Origin: an uncultured Planctomycetaceae bacterium
Lineage (GTDB): Bacteria > Planctomycetota > Planctomycetia > Planctomycetales > Planctomycetaceae
DNA length: 64,000 bases
Assembly: GCA_963815195.1 (NCBI GenBank)
Contig: CAWFGE010000001.1
Location: 20,718 to 84,717, forward strand
Direction: 5' to 3'
Both the position numbers and the translations under genes were made by a program. The notes beneath the pieces are model-generated. The model had not been told where the DNA came from, did not search any database, and saw only the letters and a list, made by a program, of their open reading frames with translations. Below, one piece after another: positions 11,911 to 23,413 of this stretch. The stretch's first letter is position 1; each line of letters begins with the position of its first letter.

Positions 11911-12315
11911 ATGCCCCGTTTACAGGGTGTCGACGTTCCCAACAACAAACCCACGTACATTTCCCTGACCTACTTGTATGGGATCGGTCAGCGGACGGCG
12001 ATCGAGATCTGCCACAATCTGGGCGTCAACTCGCACACCAAGGCGAAGGATCTCACCGACGATGAGCTCGCCCGCATCAACAACTTCCTGGATAAGGGCA
12101 CGGTTTTCGACAAGGAGTTGATCGTCGAAGGGCAGTTGCGGCGGACCATTCAGCAGGACATCGCCCGCCTGCGGGACATCAGTTGCTACCGGGGCATCCG
12201 GCACCGCCGGGGACTGCCCGCCCGCGGCCAGCGAACCCGCACCAACGCCCGCACCCGTAAAGGGGCCAAAAAGACCGTGGCGGGCAAGAAAGGCGTCAAG
12301 GACATGCGGCACTAA
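11911..12315 (+). CDS. rpsM: 30S ribosomal protein S13
   Basis: LTYLYGIG and YRGIRHRRGLPARGQRTRTNARTRKG motifs. Confidence 0.97.
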   Translation: MPRLQGVDVPNNKPTYISLTYLYGIGQRTAIEICHNLGVNSHTKAKDLTDDELARINNFLDKGTVFDKELIVEGQLRRTIQQDIARLRDISCYRGIRHRRGLPARGQRTRTNARTRKGAKKTVAGKKGVKDMRH

Positions 12316-12430
12316 GAGAGTCGCCCTTCGCTCCGCGAACGGAGGCAGACCACCCGTCGGCGATTTTTTCGGATCAGGTTCCTCTTCCACAGTTTTTCAG
12401 GCACAAACCGGTTTATAGGAAGCAGTCTCC

Positions 12431-12810
12431 GTGGCAAAAGCAAGAAAAAGAAGGTGCGTCGCAACGTGACGAGTGCGATCGCCCACATCAAAGCGACCTT
12501 CAACAACACGACGGTCACCATCACCGACACCAACGGCGACGTGCTCTGCTGGGCGACCGCCGGCACGGTGGGTTTTAAGGGCAGCCGCAAGAGCACGCCC
12601 TTCGCGGCGCAGCGGGCGGCGGAAATCTGTGCCGAGAAAGCCGTCAAGTTCGGCGTGCGGACCATGGAAGTCCGCGTGAAAGGCCCGGGCTCCGGGCGGG
12701 AAAGCGCGATCACGGGCCTGCAGGTGCCGGGCCTCAGCATCAAGGCGATCGAAGATGTCACGCCGCTCCCGCACAACGGCTGCCGGCCTCCCAAAAAACG
12801 CCGCGTGTGA
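12431..12810 (+). CDS. rpsK: 30S ribosomal protein S11 (GTG start; likely one A missing in the run near 12436)
   Basis: [19 protein letters not shown] and [12 protein letters not shown] motifs. Confidence 0.96.
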
Positions 12811-12886
12811 ATAGGGCTTCGGGAGTGGTTTGAGTTTTCTCCGGCCTCACGCCGGATTTTTCCCTCTGGGAATCGGAGAGTGTTTC

Positions 12887-13901
12887 ATGCGTATTCGTTG
12901 GCGTGGTTTGGAATTGCCCAGTCGCGTGGTCCCGGACAAATCCTCGGCCACATCCACCTACGGCCGGTTCGTCGCGGAGCCGTTTGAACGGGGTTTCGGG
13001 GCGACCATCGGCAACAGCCTCCGGCGGATCTTGCTGTCGAGCCTGGAAGGCAGCGCGATCACCCGCGTGAAGATCCAGGGGGTGCAGCACGAGTTCACGA
13101 CCATTCCCGGCGTCGTCGAGGACGTGACCGACATCTGCCTGAATCTGAAATCGCTGATTATCAAAAACCGCTCGGCCTCCACCAAGACCCTGCGGATCGA
13201 ACGCCATCAGCGCGGCGTGGTGACTGGGGCGGACGTGATCACCGACGACCAGGTGGATGTCGATCAACAAAGACCTCGTCATCGCGACCATGACAGACGA
13301 TGTGCCCTTAAACATAGAACTCACCGCCGCCAACGGCCGCGGCTACGTCCCCGCGGGCGAGCATTACGAGCGGGATCCTGAAGTGGGCGTGATTCCGCTC
13401 GATGCGATTTTTTCGCCCGTGGTCCGCGTGCGGTATTCCATCGAAGACACGCGCGTCGGCCAGCGGACCAACTACGACAAGCTCAACATGGAAATCTGGA
13501 CGGACGGCACGGTCTCGCCCGAGATGGCCCTCGTGGAAGCGGCCAAGATTCTGCGGAAGCATCTCAATCCGTTCATCACCTACCGCGAGCCCGGCCCCGA
13601 AATGCCGCCGGAAGCGGGACTCAAAAACATGGCCCAAGAGATCGGCTACGCCCCGGTCGATTTGGAACTGGAAGAAAAACTCAACCGCAGCCTGGCGGAG
13701 TTGAACCTCTCGGTGCGGGCAACGAACTGCCTGGAATCCGAAGGCATCAATTCGGTTCGCGATCTGGTCAACCGGACGGAAGACCAACTGCTCACGGTGC
13801 GAAATTTCGGCGAAACCACGCTGCAAGAAGTCCGCGAGCGGCTCGCCAGCCTCAACCTGCGATTGGGCATGAAGCCTTCCACGACCAATCCGAAGCAATA
13901 G
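12887..13901 (+). CDS. rpoA: RNA polymerase subunit alpha (apparent frameshift near 13260)
   Basis: [22 protein letters not shown], then [11 protein letters not shown] and LSVRATNCL in a shifted frame. Confidence 0.97.
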
Positions 13902-13974
13902 CCCGTCTTCGGGCGGCCGTCCGTTTGGAATCTGTCACATTCGAAATCATCCTTGCAAAAAACGATCAACTGTC

Positions 13975-14656
13975 ATGCGTCACAAAATGAGAGGCCGGAA
14001 ACTCGGCCGGAACGCGTCCCACCGCAAAGCCATGTTTCGCAACATGGCCTGCAGCCTGATTCGCTCGGTCGCGGTGAACGAAGACGACCCCGCCAAGCCC
14101 AAGGTGCCGGGGCGGATCGTCACGACGCTGCCCAAGGCGAAGGAACTCCGGCCGTATATCGAAAAGCTGATCACGATGGCCCGCAAATCCCTGCCGCACC
14201 AGGAACACGCCAGGAATTCGCCACTTCGGCCGAGCGCAATTCGCAGGAATGGAAAAGCTGGCGGGAGTCCGATCGATGGAACCAATGGAACCAGGCGGTC
14301 GCCCCGCGCTCGCTCTCCGGCGGCGGGTGTTTGCGATTCTCCGCGACAACGAAGCGGTCGACATTCTATTCGAACAACTCGCCCCGAAATTCGCCGACCG
14401 TCCCGGCGGCTACACCCGCGTGGTGCGAATGCCGGAAGTCCGCTTGGGCGATGCCGGTGCTCAGGCGATGATTGAATTCGTCGGCGACGACCGCGACCGC
14501 GTGAAATCCGGCCGTCGCACCGGACCGGCTCCCGTTGTGTCCGAAGAACCCGCCGCCCAAGCCCCCGCCACAGAAACGCAAGAACCCGCACCCGAAACCT
14601 CCGCGGAAACGGAATCCGCCCAGGAGACCCCGGAAGGGGAAGACAAAGCCGAATAA
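13975..14656 (+). CDS. rplQ: 50S ribosomal protein L17 with internal insertion and acidic tail (two apparent frameshifts near 14212 and 14305)
   Basis: [21 protein letters not shown] and [14 protein letters not shown] motifs spread over different frames. Confidence 0.93.
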
Positions 14657-14675
14657 CTCTCGGAGGAGAACCGGC

Positions 14676-15302
14676 TTGGGGAAGCCATCCTCGCCATCGC
14701 GGGGTTTTCGGAAACCCCCCTTTGACTTTACCGGGGCCATGCGGCTGTTGTGCAGCGATGTTTGCGCCCGCTTGGCGGAGTTCGAGCACATCGACATGAC
14801 CCGCGTGGCGGTGACCTTTGCCCAGGCCCGCCGGCGGGTGAATTACGGCCTGCAGGCGAAGCTTACGCCGATGCGGTTTGAGGAAGGCCGGCTTTACGAC
14901 GTTCGGGAAGACGGGCGGCAGTGGACCGTCCAGCGGCTTTTCGATGTGAACGACCGCGAGATACTCTACATCCTCACGTTTTACCTGCCGCGGTTTCTGG
15001 ATCAGACCTTCGCCGAAAAGATGACCACGGTCTTCCACGAGCTGTACCACATCAGCCCCGAGTTCAACGGCGACATTCGCCGGCACGAGGGCCGGTATCA
15101 CGTGCATTCCCATAGCCAAAAAGCCTACGACGAGCAAATGGCCGCGCTTGCGAAGGGCTATCTGGCGCAAAAGCCGCCCGACGAGGTTTACGGCTTTTTG
15201 CGGAAGACGTTCCGGGGACTCAAGCGGACCCACGGCGAAGTGGTGGGCCTGCAAATCCCGATTCCCAAGCTCCTGCCCGTTCCCGAATCCAAATCCGCCT
15301 GA
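14676..15302 (+). CDS. Putative HExxH metallopeptidase-like protein
   Basis: VFHELYHI motif; in-frame TTG after a GGAGGAG RBS; start uncertain. Confidence 0.65.
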   Translation: MGKPSSPSRGFRKPPFDFTGAMRLLCSDVCARLAEFEHIDMTRVAVTFAQARRRVNYGLQAKLTPMRFEEGRLYDVREDGRQWTVQRLFDVNDREILYILTFYLPRFLDQTFAEKMTTVFHELYHISPEFNGDIRRHEGRYHVHSHSQKAYDEQMAALAKGYLAQKPPDEVYGFLRKTFRGLKRTHGEVVGLQIPIPKLLPVPESKSA

Positions 15303-15543
15303 GTTCCCCGTCTGCGGCGGCCGGCGAAGCGCGAATTCGCTTCTCGGAAAATTGTTCTTGATCCGATTCGCCGATTTGGGTATCACACCCCCTCCTGGAA
15401 CCTGTCTTGGAAATCCGAGCGGGGGTTCCGCCCACTCTCCTTCTCAACTCCAATCTCCAAAGCCGCTCCCTCCGCCGGCGTTTCCGATTTGTCGGCTCGG
15501 CGTGAGTGCGCTGTTTCTCCACTTTAATCGGTAAGCAAATCTC

Positions 15544-16741
15544 ATGATGAGATCCGGCCCAATCCTGTTCGCAGCCGGGATGCTGTGCATCGGCGGCTGC
15601 GCTTCGCGCGGCAACGTGGAACTGTTGGAAAGCCAACTCCGGAAGCGGGAAGACCAGTTGTACGCGGTCCAGTCGCAGACTGGAACAGAGGGAATCCGAG
15701 CTCGGCGTGGCAAAAAAAGAGGCGGAAACGCTCAGGGGCCAGTTGGCCGAGCGCGGCGGGCCCGCGGTGTTCCCGGAACAACTGCAATCGCTGTCCCGCG
15801 TGAAGGCGATCCAGATTAATAAGCTGCTCACCGGCGGCTTGGACCGCGACGGAAAACCGGGCGACGATCAATTGAACGTCGTGCTCGTTCCCCAGGATGA
15901 GCGCGGCGAACCTGTCAAGCTCCCCGGCACCGTCGAGTTGGAGGTCCTCGACCTCGCCGCCTCGCCGAAGGCCCGCCAGATCGGCGTTTGGCGATTCACG
16001 AGCCAGGAAGTCGCGGCCCAGTGGCAAAGCGGACTGTCGTCGGGCTTCCAGTTCCAAATTCCCTGGCAGGGCCGCTCCGACTCTCAGAATCTGGTGCTGC
16101 ATGCCCGGCTCGCCACCGCGGACGGCCGGCAGTTTGACACGAGCACCGACGTCCGCATCACCCCCGGTCCCGCCGTCGGTCAAACTCAAATCGCCGAGCA
16201 GTCCAACCCGTCGGCGAACCAGGTTCCGCTGGCTCCCGAACCCGATTTATTCGCGGCCGAGCCCGGCGGAGCGATCGAGTCGTCCCATCCCGCGAAAGCC
16301 CTGCGCATGATCGGCGGCGACGGCCTCAATGAGAAACCCACGATCCGGCAGCAATCCGGGACGGACGGTTTAACCGAGGACGACTTCTTCCCAATGGCAG
16401 CCCCCGAACCCGTGGGCACAACGTCGGTCCAAACACCCGCTCTGCCGAGCGACGCGTCCGAGGAATTCTTCCCGGCGGATGCGCCCGTTCCCGTGGGCGC
16501 GGCCGAAATCCAGCCGATCGAACCCGCCGGGACTCCGGAATTGGCGACAAAGACCGCCAGTGCTCCCGAGACCGACGTCCCCTTGGAGGTTGAACTCCCT
16601 CCCACACCCGAGGCCGATGAAGAACCGGCAAAGGCCGCCAGCGCGCCGCAGCTCGAAAAGCTCATCCCGATGCGATATCAGCGCACCGCCAAAGCGCCCC
16701 TCTGGGAACCGCCGGCCGATGCGTCCAAAAACGCTCCCTAA
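15544..16741 (+). CDS. Hypothetical lipoprotein with Pro/Ala/Glu-rich tail (apparent frameshift near 15685)
   Basis: Lipobox-like IGGC, coiled-coil N-terminus continuing into ORF 15707-16741. Confidence 0.6.
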
Positions 16742-16766
16742 GCGGGCGGGACGGGGGCTTGGGGAT

Positions 16767-17090
16767 TTAGTGAGGCGGGTTCATTTGCACGGCGTGGGCT
16801 TTGGCCATCGCGTCTTCGGCTTCGGGAATCTTTCCGCAGCGCTGATAGATCACCGAAAGCTGCGTGAACGAAAACGAATCGTGCGGCTCCAGTTCGGTCA
16901 CGCGCACGGCGTGTTTGATGGCGTCCTCGTTTCGCCCCAGCTTCTGCAAATGGACGCCCAAGGCCATGTGGGCCAGCACGTAATCGGGATCGATCGTGAG
17001 GATTTCCTGCCATTTGGCGACGGCCCCCTCCAGGTCCCCTTGCTCCTTGAGTGCCGTGCCTTCATCATAAAGTTCGTTCGGTGTGGGCAT
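16767..17090 (-). CDS. Small tetratricopeptide-repeat protein
   Basis: TPR-like repeats (IDPDYVLAHMALG, LEPHDSFSFTQL). Confidence 0.8.
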   Translation of the reverse strand: MPTPNELYDEGTALKEQGDLEGAVAKWQEILTIDPDYVLAHMALGVHLQKLGRNEDAIKHAVRVTELEPHDSFSFTQLSVIYQRCGKIPEAEDAMAKAHAVQMNPPH

Positions 17091-17146
17091 GATGCAATTC
17101 CTGGTGGAATGAAAAATCGATCGAGCGAGCCGCCGGATTCTTTGAA

Positions 17147-19021
17147 ATGATCGAACCCGCCGCCGTTTGTTGTATCATAGTCGGGCCCACTCTTCGAGCA
17201 AGTCCCCGCCATCGCCTTGGCCCGTTTTGGATCCGCTGTGTCCGTGCCTTCATGATTCCCCGCGCCTGGATTCGCCCTCAAACGTCCGAACCCACGTCCC
17301 CCGGCCGCCGGGAATGGATGCTCGTGGGGTTGATCCTCGTGGCCGGTTTCGGAATAAGGGCCGCGTTTCCCGGACGGATGGCGGTCGAGCATTTTGATGA
17401 AGGCGTTTATGCCTCGAACATCTTTTTTGGCGCCGATCGCGGGTTTCAATACCCGGCCCGGCATTTGTACGCCCCGCCGCTGTGGCCCTGGCTGGTGGAA
17501 TGGTCGATTATTTTTTTCGGTCCGACGCATTGGGGAACGATGCTCGTGGGCGTCGTTTCCGGGACATTGACCGCCCTCGTCGTTTGGCGGTTGGTGCGGG
17601 AATCGTTCGGGATCGCTCCCGGATTGACGGCCGCGGCGCTGTGTGCGTTCAACGATTATCACGCCCTTTACAGCCGGACCGCGTTGACGGAACCGCTGTT
17701 GTGTTTCTGGCTCGCGGGGGCGGTGTATTTTCTGTTTCGGGCCTTGACCGATGGCAACCGCCGGTCGGTGATTCTGGCCGGCCTGTTCACCGGTCTGGCC
17801 TGGTGGACCAAATACAACGGCTGGCTGCCGTTGGCGATCGGAACCGCCGGGCTCGCGGCGTGGGCGATTCGGCCGCACACCGCGTCCCCCAAACGTGGCC
17901 GGCGATTTTTGATTTTGCTCGTCATCGGGATGCTCGCGGGACTGGTGTTTCTTCCGGTGTGGTGGGATCTTCGAGATGTCGGAGGTTACAAGGCCGTCCA
18001 GGAAAACCATGCCCGCTACTTTGTGGGCCTGGCCGGATGGGCGACGGCGTGGCAGCGGCAACTGGCCAACCTGCGATTCTTCGACGGCCCGCTGAGTTGG
18101 ATCGGCCTGGTCCTCGCCGTGTTTCTGTCGCGATGGGGAAGCCGGATCGAACCACGCCGCTCGGCTTCCAACGAAACCGCCGTTTCCCGCGGCGTGCAGA
18201 TGTGTTGGTGCAGCGTGTTTGCGGCGATCCTCGCGGCCGCGGCTTATTGGCTGGGAACGAGCGTGGTGCTGGGCCTGTTGGGTTTTGTCTGGTTGGTTCT
18301 CGCCTGCCCGTGGTGGGCGCGAAATCAGGACGCTGCCCGCAGCGGCTTGGCATATTGGCTCAGCGCCGCGTGGTTTGCGGGGCTGTTCTTGGCGACGCCT
18401 CTTTACACGCCCTACCCGCGGCTCTGCGCTGCCTTGGCTCATGGCGGCATGGATGACCGCGGGGGCGATGATTGGTTCCCCCGCCGGGCGCGGCTGCTCT
18501 CCGGGCAATATGACTGGCAAGCGAAACGCTGGAGCATCGCATTGACCGGTCTCGTTGCAGTGGCCGGGATTTTCTCCGCGGGAATGAACGCGATTCAAAA
18601 CGATGGGTTCCGCGTCCCGGCGTGGCAGGATCGTACGGGGCTGGAACACATCGCCGCCCGCATCGAGAATCTAGATTCGCGGCAAAATCGCCCGCCGCTG
18701 ATTTATGTCTATGCGGAGCCGGCGTTGTTTTTTCATTTGCGCGCGGAGGGCTTGGAAGCCGTGGCTCCGGTGGCGGATTTGCAATTTGCAGAGATGCCCG
18801 CGGAGTGGCCGACCTTCCTCGTCGTTGGCCCCCATGCCGAGCGGAGCGAAGCCTTTCAGCGGCAATGGCGGGACACTTCCGATCGGTTTGAACGGATCGC
18901 CCGCTTCCGCGATCAGCCGAGCGATCTGGTGCTGCTCAATCAATATCCCCCGAAAGCCCTCAAGAATAAAAACTTCTCGCGAGCCGAGACGATCTCCATT
19001 TACCGCCTGAAATCGCGATAG
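17147..19021 (+). CDS. PMT/ArnT-like (GT-C fold) integral membrane glycosyltransferase
   Basis: HFDEGVY, YAPPL, YSRTALTE and WTKYNG motifs; many hydrophobic helices; start uncertain; possible compensating indels near 18425-18480. Confidence 0.75.
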   Translation: MIEPAAVCCIIVGPTLRASPRHRLGPFWIRCVRAFMIPRAWIRPQTSEPTSPGRREWMLVGLILVAGFGIRAAFPGRMAVEHFDEGVYASNIFFGADRGFQYPARHLYAPPLWPWLVEWSIIFFGPTHWGTMLVGVVSGTLTALVVWRLVRESFGIAPGLTAAALCAFNDYHALYSRTALTEPLLCFWLAGAVYFLFRALTDGNRRSVILAGLFTGLAWWTKYNGWLPLAIGTAGLAAWAIRPHTASPKRGRRFLILLVIGMLAGLVFLPVWWDLRDVGGYKAVQENHARYFVGLAGWATAWQRQLANLRFFDGPLSWIGLVLAVFLSRWGSRIEPRRSASNETAVSRGVQMCWCSVFAAILAAAAYWLGTSVVLGLLGFVWLVLACPWWARNQDAARSGLAYWLSAAWFAGLFLATPLYTPYPRLCAALAHGGMDDRGGDDWFPRRARLLSGQYDWQAKRWSIALTGLVAVAGIFSAGMNAIQNDGFRVPAWQDRTGLEHIAARIENLDSRQNRPPLIYVYAEPALFFHLRAEGLEAVAPVADLQFAEMPAEWPTFLVVGPHAERSEAFQRQWRDTSDRFERIARFRDQPSDLVLLNQYPPKALKNKNFSRAETISIYRLKSR

Positions 19022-19279
19022 GCGACCCAAATTCCCCGCCTTATCCGCCTCGCGCAGGCCGTGCAATGCGGCGGGTCTGCCCGGAATCGGCAATCAGAAA
19101 GTGCGGAGGCTCTCTGGTTCGGAATGGGCAGAATCTGCGGCCTTTCCTGAAATTTCCGCCAGCCGCGTTCGATGAATAACCCTGCGCGATGATCGCGGAA
19201 GGACTCAATGACATCGAGCGCGGCGTTCGCGGCGCGGACGGCGGCGTTTCTCAGGGACTCTACAGAGGCGGCATGAATC

Positions 19280-20289
19280 ATGGATGAACATGCGACTTTG
19301 ACGGCTGAAAACCAATCCGAAAATCCGCAGGACAAAGGCGTCATGCGGCGGCGGTTGGGGCGGGGGCTCAATGCGCTCTTGGGCGGGGCCGTGCCCGATT
19401 CGCAATCGAACGAAGCCTCCGACGAGAATGCCGCCGGGCCCAATGCGACCGATGAGATTTCGGTGGACCTCATCGAGCGGAACCCCTTCCAGCCGCGGAA
19501 AGACTTCGAGAAAGAATCCATCAACGAGCTCGCCGAGAGCATGATGACGCACGGCATCTTGCAACCGCTTTTGGTGCGGCCTCATAACGGCGGCTATCAA
19601 CTCATCGCCGGGGAACGCCGCTGGCTGGCCGCAAAAGAAGCGGGCATCGAGAGCGTTCCGTGCCGGGTCCTGGAACTCGAAGACAAGAACGTCTGCGAAG
19701 TCGCGCTCGTCGAAAACGTGCAGCGGAAGGACCTCGGCGATCTGGAGAAAGCCCAGGCCTTTCAGGATTATCTGGACCGCTTCGGCGGCACGCCCGCGGA
19801 CTTGGCGAAGCAACTGGGCATGAACCGCTCCACGGTGGCGAATTTTATCCGGCTGTTGGGGCTGCCGGATCCTGTGAAAAAAGCCTTGAACGCGGGCCGG
19901 ATTTCCAACGGCCACGCGCGGCGCTCTTGACCTTGGAGGAGCGCGATCAGATCGAGCTCTGCAAGCTGATCCAGCGGGATTCGCTCTCCGTCCGCAAGAC
20001 GGAAGAGGCAGTCAAAAAGCTTTTAGGCCGGGACGATTCGGAACCCGACACGATTCCGTTCGAGCAAAAGCCCGACGAGCCGAAAGCCGAGGAGACGGGG
20101 AAATCCAACCACATTATTTCGCTGGAAGGCCAACTCCGCGAATGCCTGGGGACCAAGGTGGAGATCCGCGTGACGGGCAAAGACGCCGGCCGGATCACGG
20201 TCGAGTTCCACAACAACGCGGAGTTCGAACGCCTGGTCAAAGCCCTCCGCGCCGCGGGAGAATCCCAACCCCTGGCCGAGGCCGCGTGA
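19280..20289 (+). CDS. parB: ParB/Spo0J chromosome partition protein (apparent frameshift near 19918)
   Basis: LGRGLNAL, NPFQPRKDF, IAGERRW, ALVENVQR and GHAR motifs; C-terminal dimerisation region in the next frame. Confidence 0.92.
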
Positions 20290-20299
20290 TCCCTCCGGT

Positions 20300-21586
20300 T
20301 CACATCGACCAGCCGTCGGGGAGCACGGCTCCTTTTTTCACGACGATCACCCCGTCGCGGACGACGACCGAATCGCCGAAGTCGGCGTTTTCGATGGAGT
20401 CGTCCGGGAGGTGGATGGAGACGTTTCTCCCGATCCGGCAGTTCTTGTCGATGATCGCCCCGTCAATCTTCGAGCCTTCGCCGATGCCGATGGGCGGCAA
20501 CTCCGCGCTCGAGCCATGCGGGACTTTGGGAGATTCGTAGTTGTCCGCGCCCATCAGGATGGAATTCTTGATGGTCGCGTTGCCGCCGATGCGATACCTG
20601 AGGCCGATAATGCTGTGCTCGATGATCGCCCCGGCGCCCAATTCGCAGCCGTCGGCGATCATGCTGCCTTTGATGTTCGCGCCATCAACGCGCGTCGGCG
20701 GCAGGAACCGGGCATGCGTGTAAATCGGAGCGTCGGCCTCCACAAACTTAAAGGGCGGCTCCTTGCCGGCAAGCGCCAGGTTCGCATCGTAAAACGCCCG
20801 GATCGTGCCGATGTCCTCCCAGTAACCGTCGAACAAATGCGTCTGCACTTTGCGGGTGCGGATCGAAAGCGGGAAGACCTCTTTGCCGAAGTCGGCATAC
20901 TCCGAGCCACGCAACAACTCCAAGAGCGTGTTGCGGTTGAAGAGATAGATCCCCATGCTCGCGAGGCAATCGCGGCCGTGGGCTTCGACGCCCTGGGATT
21001 CGATCCACGCCGGGTCCGTGCGGACGAGGTCGAGTTCCTCTTTCGTCTGCGGCTTTTCCAAAAAGCCCCGCACCCGGCCGGTGTCGTCCAGCCGCATGAT
21101 CCCGAACGCTTTGGCCTGCTCCGGCGTGATGGGCACGGCCGAGATCGTCACGTCCGCCCCGGATTCGACGTGCGTCCGGAGCATGTCGTTATAGTCCATG
21201 CGGTAGAGCTGATCGCCCGAGAGAATCAGCACGTAATCGACGTTCTCCTGCTCCAAGTACCTGAGGTGCTTGCGGACGGCGTCGGCGGTGCCTTGATACC
21301 AGTCGGCCCCTTCCATCGTCTGCTGGGCGGCGAGGATCTCCACAAACCCGCCGTCGAAGCGGTCGAACTTGTACGTCTGCCGAATGTGCCGATGCAAACT
21401 CACCGAGTTGAACTGCGTGAGCAGATAAATCCGGTTGATCTGGCTGTTTAGGCAGTTGGAGATGGGAATATCGATCAGGCGATACTTCCCCGCCAAGGGC
21501 ACCGCGGGCTTCGAGCGGTATTCCGTCAACGGAAACAGACGGGTGCCTTTTCCTCCGCCGAGGATAAAACTGATGACGTTGCGCAT
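20300..21586 (-). CDS. glgC: Glucose-1-phosphate adenylyltransferase
   Basis: ILGGGKGTRLFPLT..RSKPAVP, WYQGTADAVR and YWEDIGT motifs. Confidence 0.96.
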   Translation of the reverse strand: MRNVISFILGGGKGTRLFPLTEYRSKPAVPLAGKYRLIDIPISNCLNSQINRIYLLTQFNSVSLHRHIRQTYKFDRFDGGFVEILAAQQTMEGADWYQGTADAVRKHLRYLEQENVDYVLILSGDQLYRMDYNDMLRTHVESGADVTISAVPITPEQAKAFGIMRLDDTGRVRGFLEKPQTKEELDLVRTDPAWIESQGVEAHGRDCLASMGIYLFNRNTLLELLRGSEYADFGKEVFPLSIRTRKVQTHLFDGYWEDIGTIRAFYDANLALAGKEPPFKFVEADAPIYTHARFLPPTRVDGANIKGSMIADGCELGAGAIIEHSIIGLRYRIGGNATIKNSILMGADNYESPKVPHGSSAELPPIGIGEGSKIDGAIIDKNCRIGRNVSIHLPDDSIENADFGDSVVVRDGVIVVKKGAVLPDGWSM

Positions 21587-21915
21587 GGTCTTGGAGCGTG
21601 TGTGACAGAGGGGCGAAATCACGGGCGTGGACGACAATTCTTCCTCCACCACCCTATCGAGAAACACCCCGGCCCGCAATACATGTCTGAATCTGTCTCA
21701 CCACAAACCCAGATGGAATGCCAGTCCTGCACTTCGGGTAAATAAATCCGGTTTGCGGAAATCGGATTAGGCGGAGATCCTGCTTTTTTTTCCTAAATGA
21801 ATGCGGTAATTATGTTCACACACCGAGTCCTGTGGTGTACACTGCTAATCACAGCCCAAAGCCGCAAATCGCTTTTTTCATCACAGAATCTCGTAAGCGC
21901 TGGAGAAGCCTGGCA

Positions 21916-23361
21916 ATGAAGTTTTGGAACGATCAACTCCGCGTCTGTCCGAAATGCAAGGCTGCGGTCAAGATGGCAGAGGAGTTGCGCACAAGCTGTC
22001 CGAAATGCGGATCGCAGGTTTGGTTTTATAACTATCGTCCTCTTCCGCCGCCGCTAAAACCGCCTGAAACACGGCCGCGTGATTTATGGAAGAACCCGAC
22101 GACGACTTTGCTCCTTGCAGGTGTCGCTCTTTTTGGACTTGTCGCACTCGTGGGAATTTCCAATCGATTCATCGTGGCGGTCGTCTGTTCTTTGGCCGCC
22201 ATTGGATTTGCGGTATTCGGCCTTATCCGGCACGCGGAAACGCGGCGGATCGAAGAAGGTTTGGAACATGCCGATGAGACTTTTCAATACGCAGAAGCAA
22301 TGCAGGGACGCATCAGCGAACTTATCAACCGATATAACTATTTGCTAAAGACCGGCAACCAGCGGATTGAAGAGTATTATGGTGAAATCTATCTCCGAGC
22401 GGAGAAAGAAAAAGAGGAAGCGCAGAGGTTGCGTCAACGGGCGCAACGCGATCGCGAAGCGGTTCGCAGTGTTGAGGTGCGGATCTACAACATGGCCGAA
22501 CGGCTGATCGACGACCACCGTAAATGGGCAACGAAAAAACTTCGCCCGGATCCGGAGAACTATCAGCGGCGGAAGCTGGAGATTGAAAAGATGTTTCAAT
22601 TCGTGGATGCTGCGGGCTACGAACCTCCTGCGGATCTTCGGAAAGGAATGCTTTCCAAGTTAAAGGGCGATTATAAAGCCATCGTGCGGGAGCACACCCT
22701 CAAGGAGGAACAGAAACGAATCAAACAACAAATGCGGGAGGAAGAGCAACTTCGCCGGGAACGAGAACAGGCGATAAAAGAAGCCGAAGAGAACCAACAT
22801 GAATTAGAACGGCTGCTGGAAGAAGCACTGAAAGAGCATAAAGACGCTCATAATGCCGAAGTTGAGGAATTGCGTTTGAAGCTCGCGGAAGCGCAGGCCA
22901 ATTCGGAGAGAGCAAAATCCATGGCGCAGCTTACCAAGGCCGGGCATGTCTATATTCTGTCGAATATTGGCTCATTTGGGGAAGGGATCTTCAAAGTCGG
23001 CATGACCCGCCGGCTGGAACCGCAGCTTCGGGTGAAAGAACTCGGAGATGCAAGCGTGCCTTTTCCCTTTGACGTCCATGCTATGATCTCCTGCGAAAAT
23101 GCACCCGGCTTGGAAAACGCATTGCACAAGGAATTGGCCCGCTTTCGTGTGAATCGGGTCAACCTGCGAAAGGAGTATTTTCGAGTGGATTTGGAAACGA
23201 TCGTGAAGTTCGTCAAACATCATCACGGACACGTCGATTATATCGCAGAGGCAGAAGCTTTAGAGTATCGAGAAACGGTGACAATTAGCCCCGAAGATTT
23301 GGTGGAATTGGAATCCGAACTCGCCGAAATGGGTGTCACCTTTGAAGAGTGGGACGACTAG
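21916..23361 (+). CDS. Membrane-anchored DUF4041 / T5orf172 (GIY-YIG-like) domain protein
   Basis: C-terminal GHVYILSNIGSFGEGIFKVGMTRRLEP..ELGDASVPFPFDVH..RKEYFRV; N-terminal CPKC twice, TM hairpin, coiled coil. Confidence 0.85.
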   Translation: MKFWNDQLRVCPKCKAAVKMAEELRTSCPKCGSQVWFYNYRPLPPPLKPPETRPRDLWKNPTTTLLLAGVALFGLVALVGISNRFIVAVVCSLAAIGFAVFGLIRHAETRRIEEGLEHADETFQYAEAMQGRISELINRYNYLLKTGNQRIEEYYGEIYLRAEKEKEEAQRLRQRAQRDREAVRSVEVRIYNMAERLIDDHRKWATKKLRPDPENYQRRKLEIEKMFQFVDAAGYEPPADLRKGMLSKLKGDYKAIVREHTLKEEQKRIKQQMREEEQLRREREQAIKEAEENQHELERLLEEALKEHKDAHNAEVEELRLKLAEAQANSERAKSMAQLTKAGHVYILSNIGSFGEGIFKVGMTRRLEPQLRVKELGDASVPFPFDVHAMISCENAPGLENALHKELARFRVNRVNLRKEYFRVDLETIVKFVKHHHGHVDYIAEAEALEYRETVTISPEDLVELESELAEMGVTFEEWDD

Positions 23362-23413
23362 GAAAACTGTAGCTCCAGCAAATGTGGCTCTTGATTGGTC
23401 AAGGAAACAACAA

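Noticed and set aside
19280..20289. Plasmid or ICE partition module
   Set aside because: Chromosomal Spo0J-type sequence among housekeeping genes, with no adjacent parA or rep gene.
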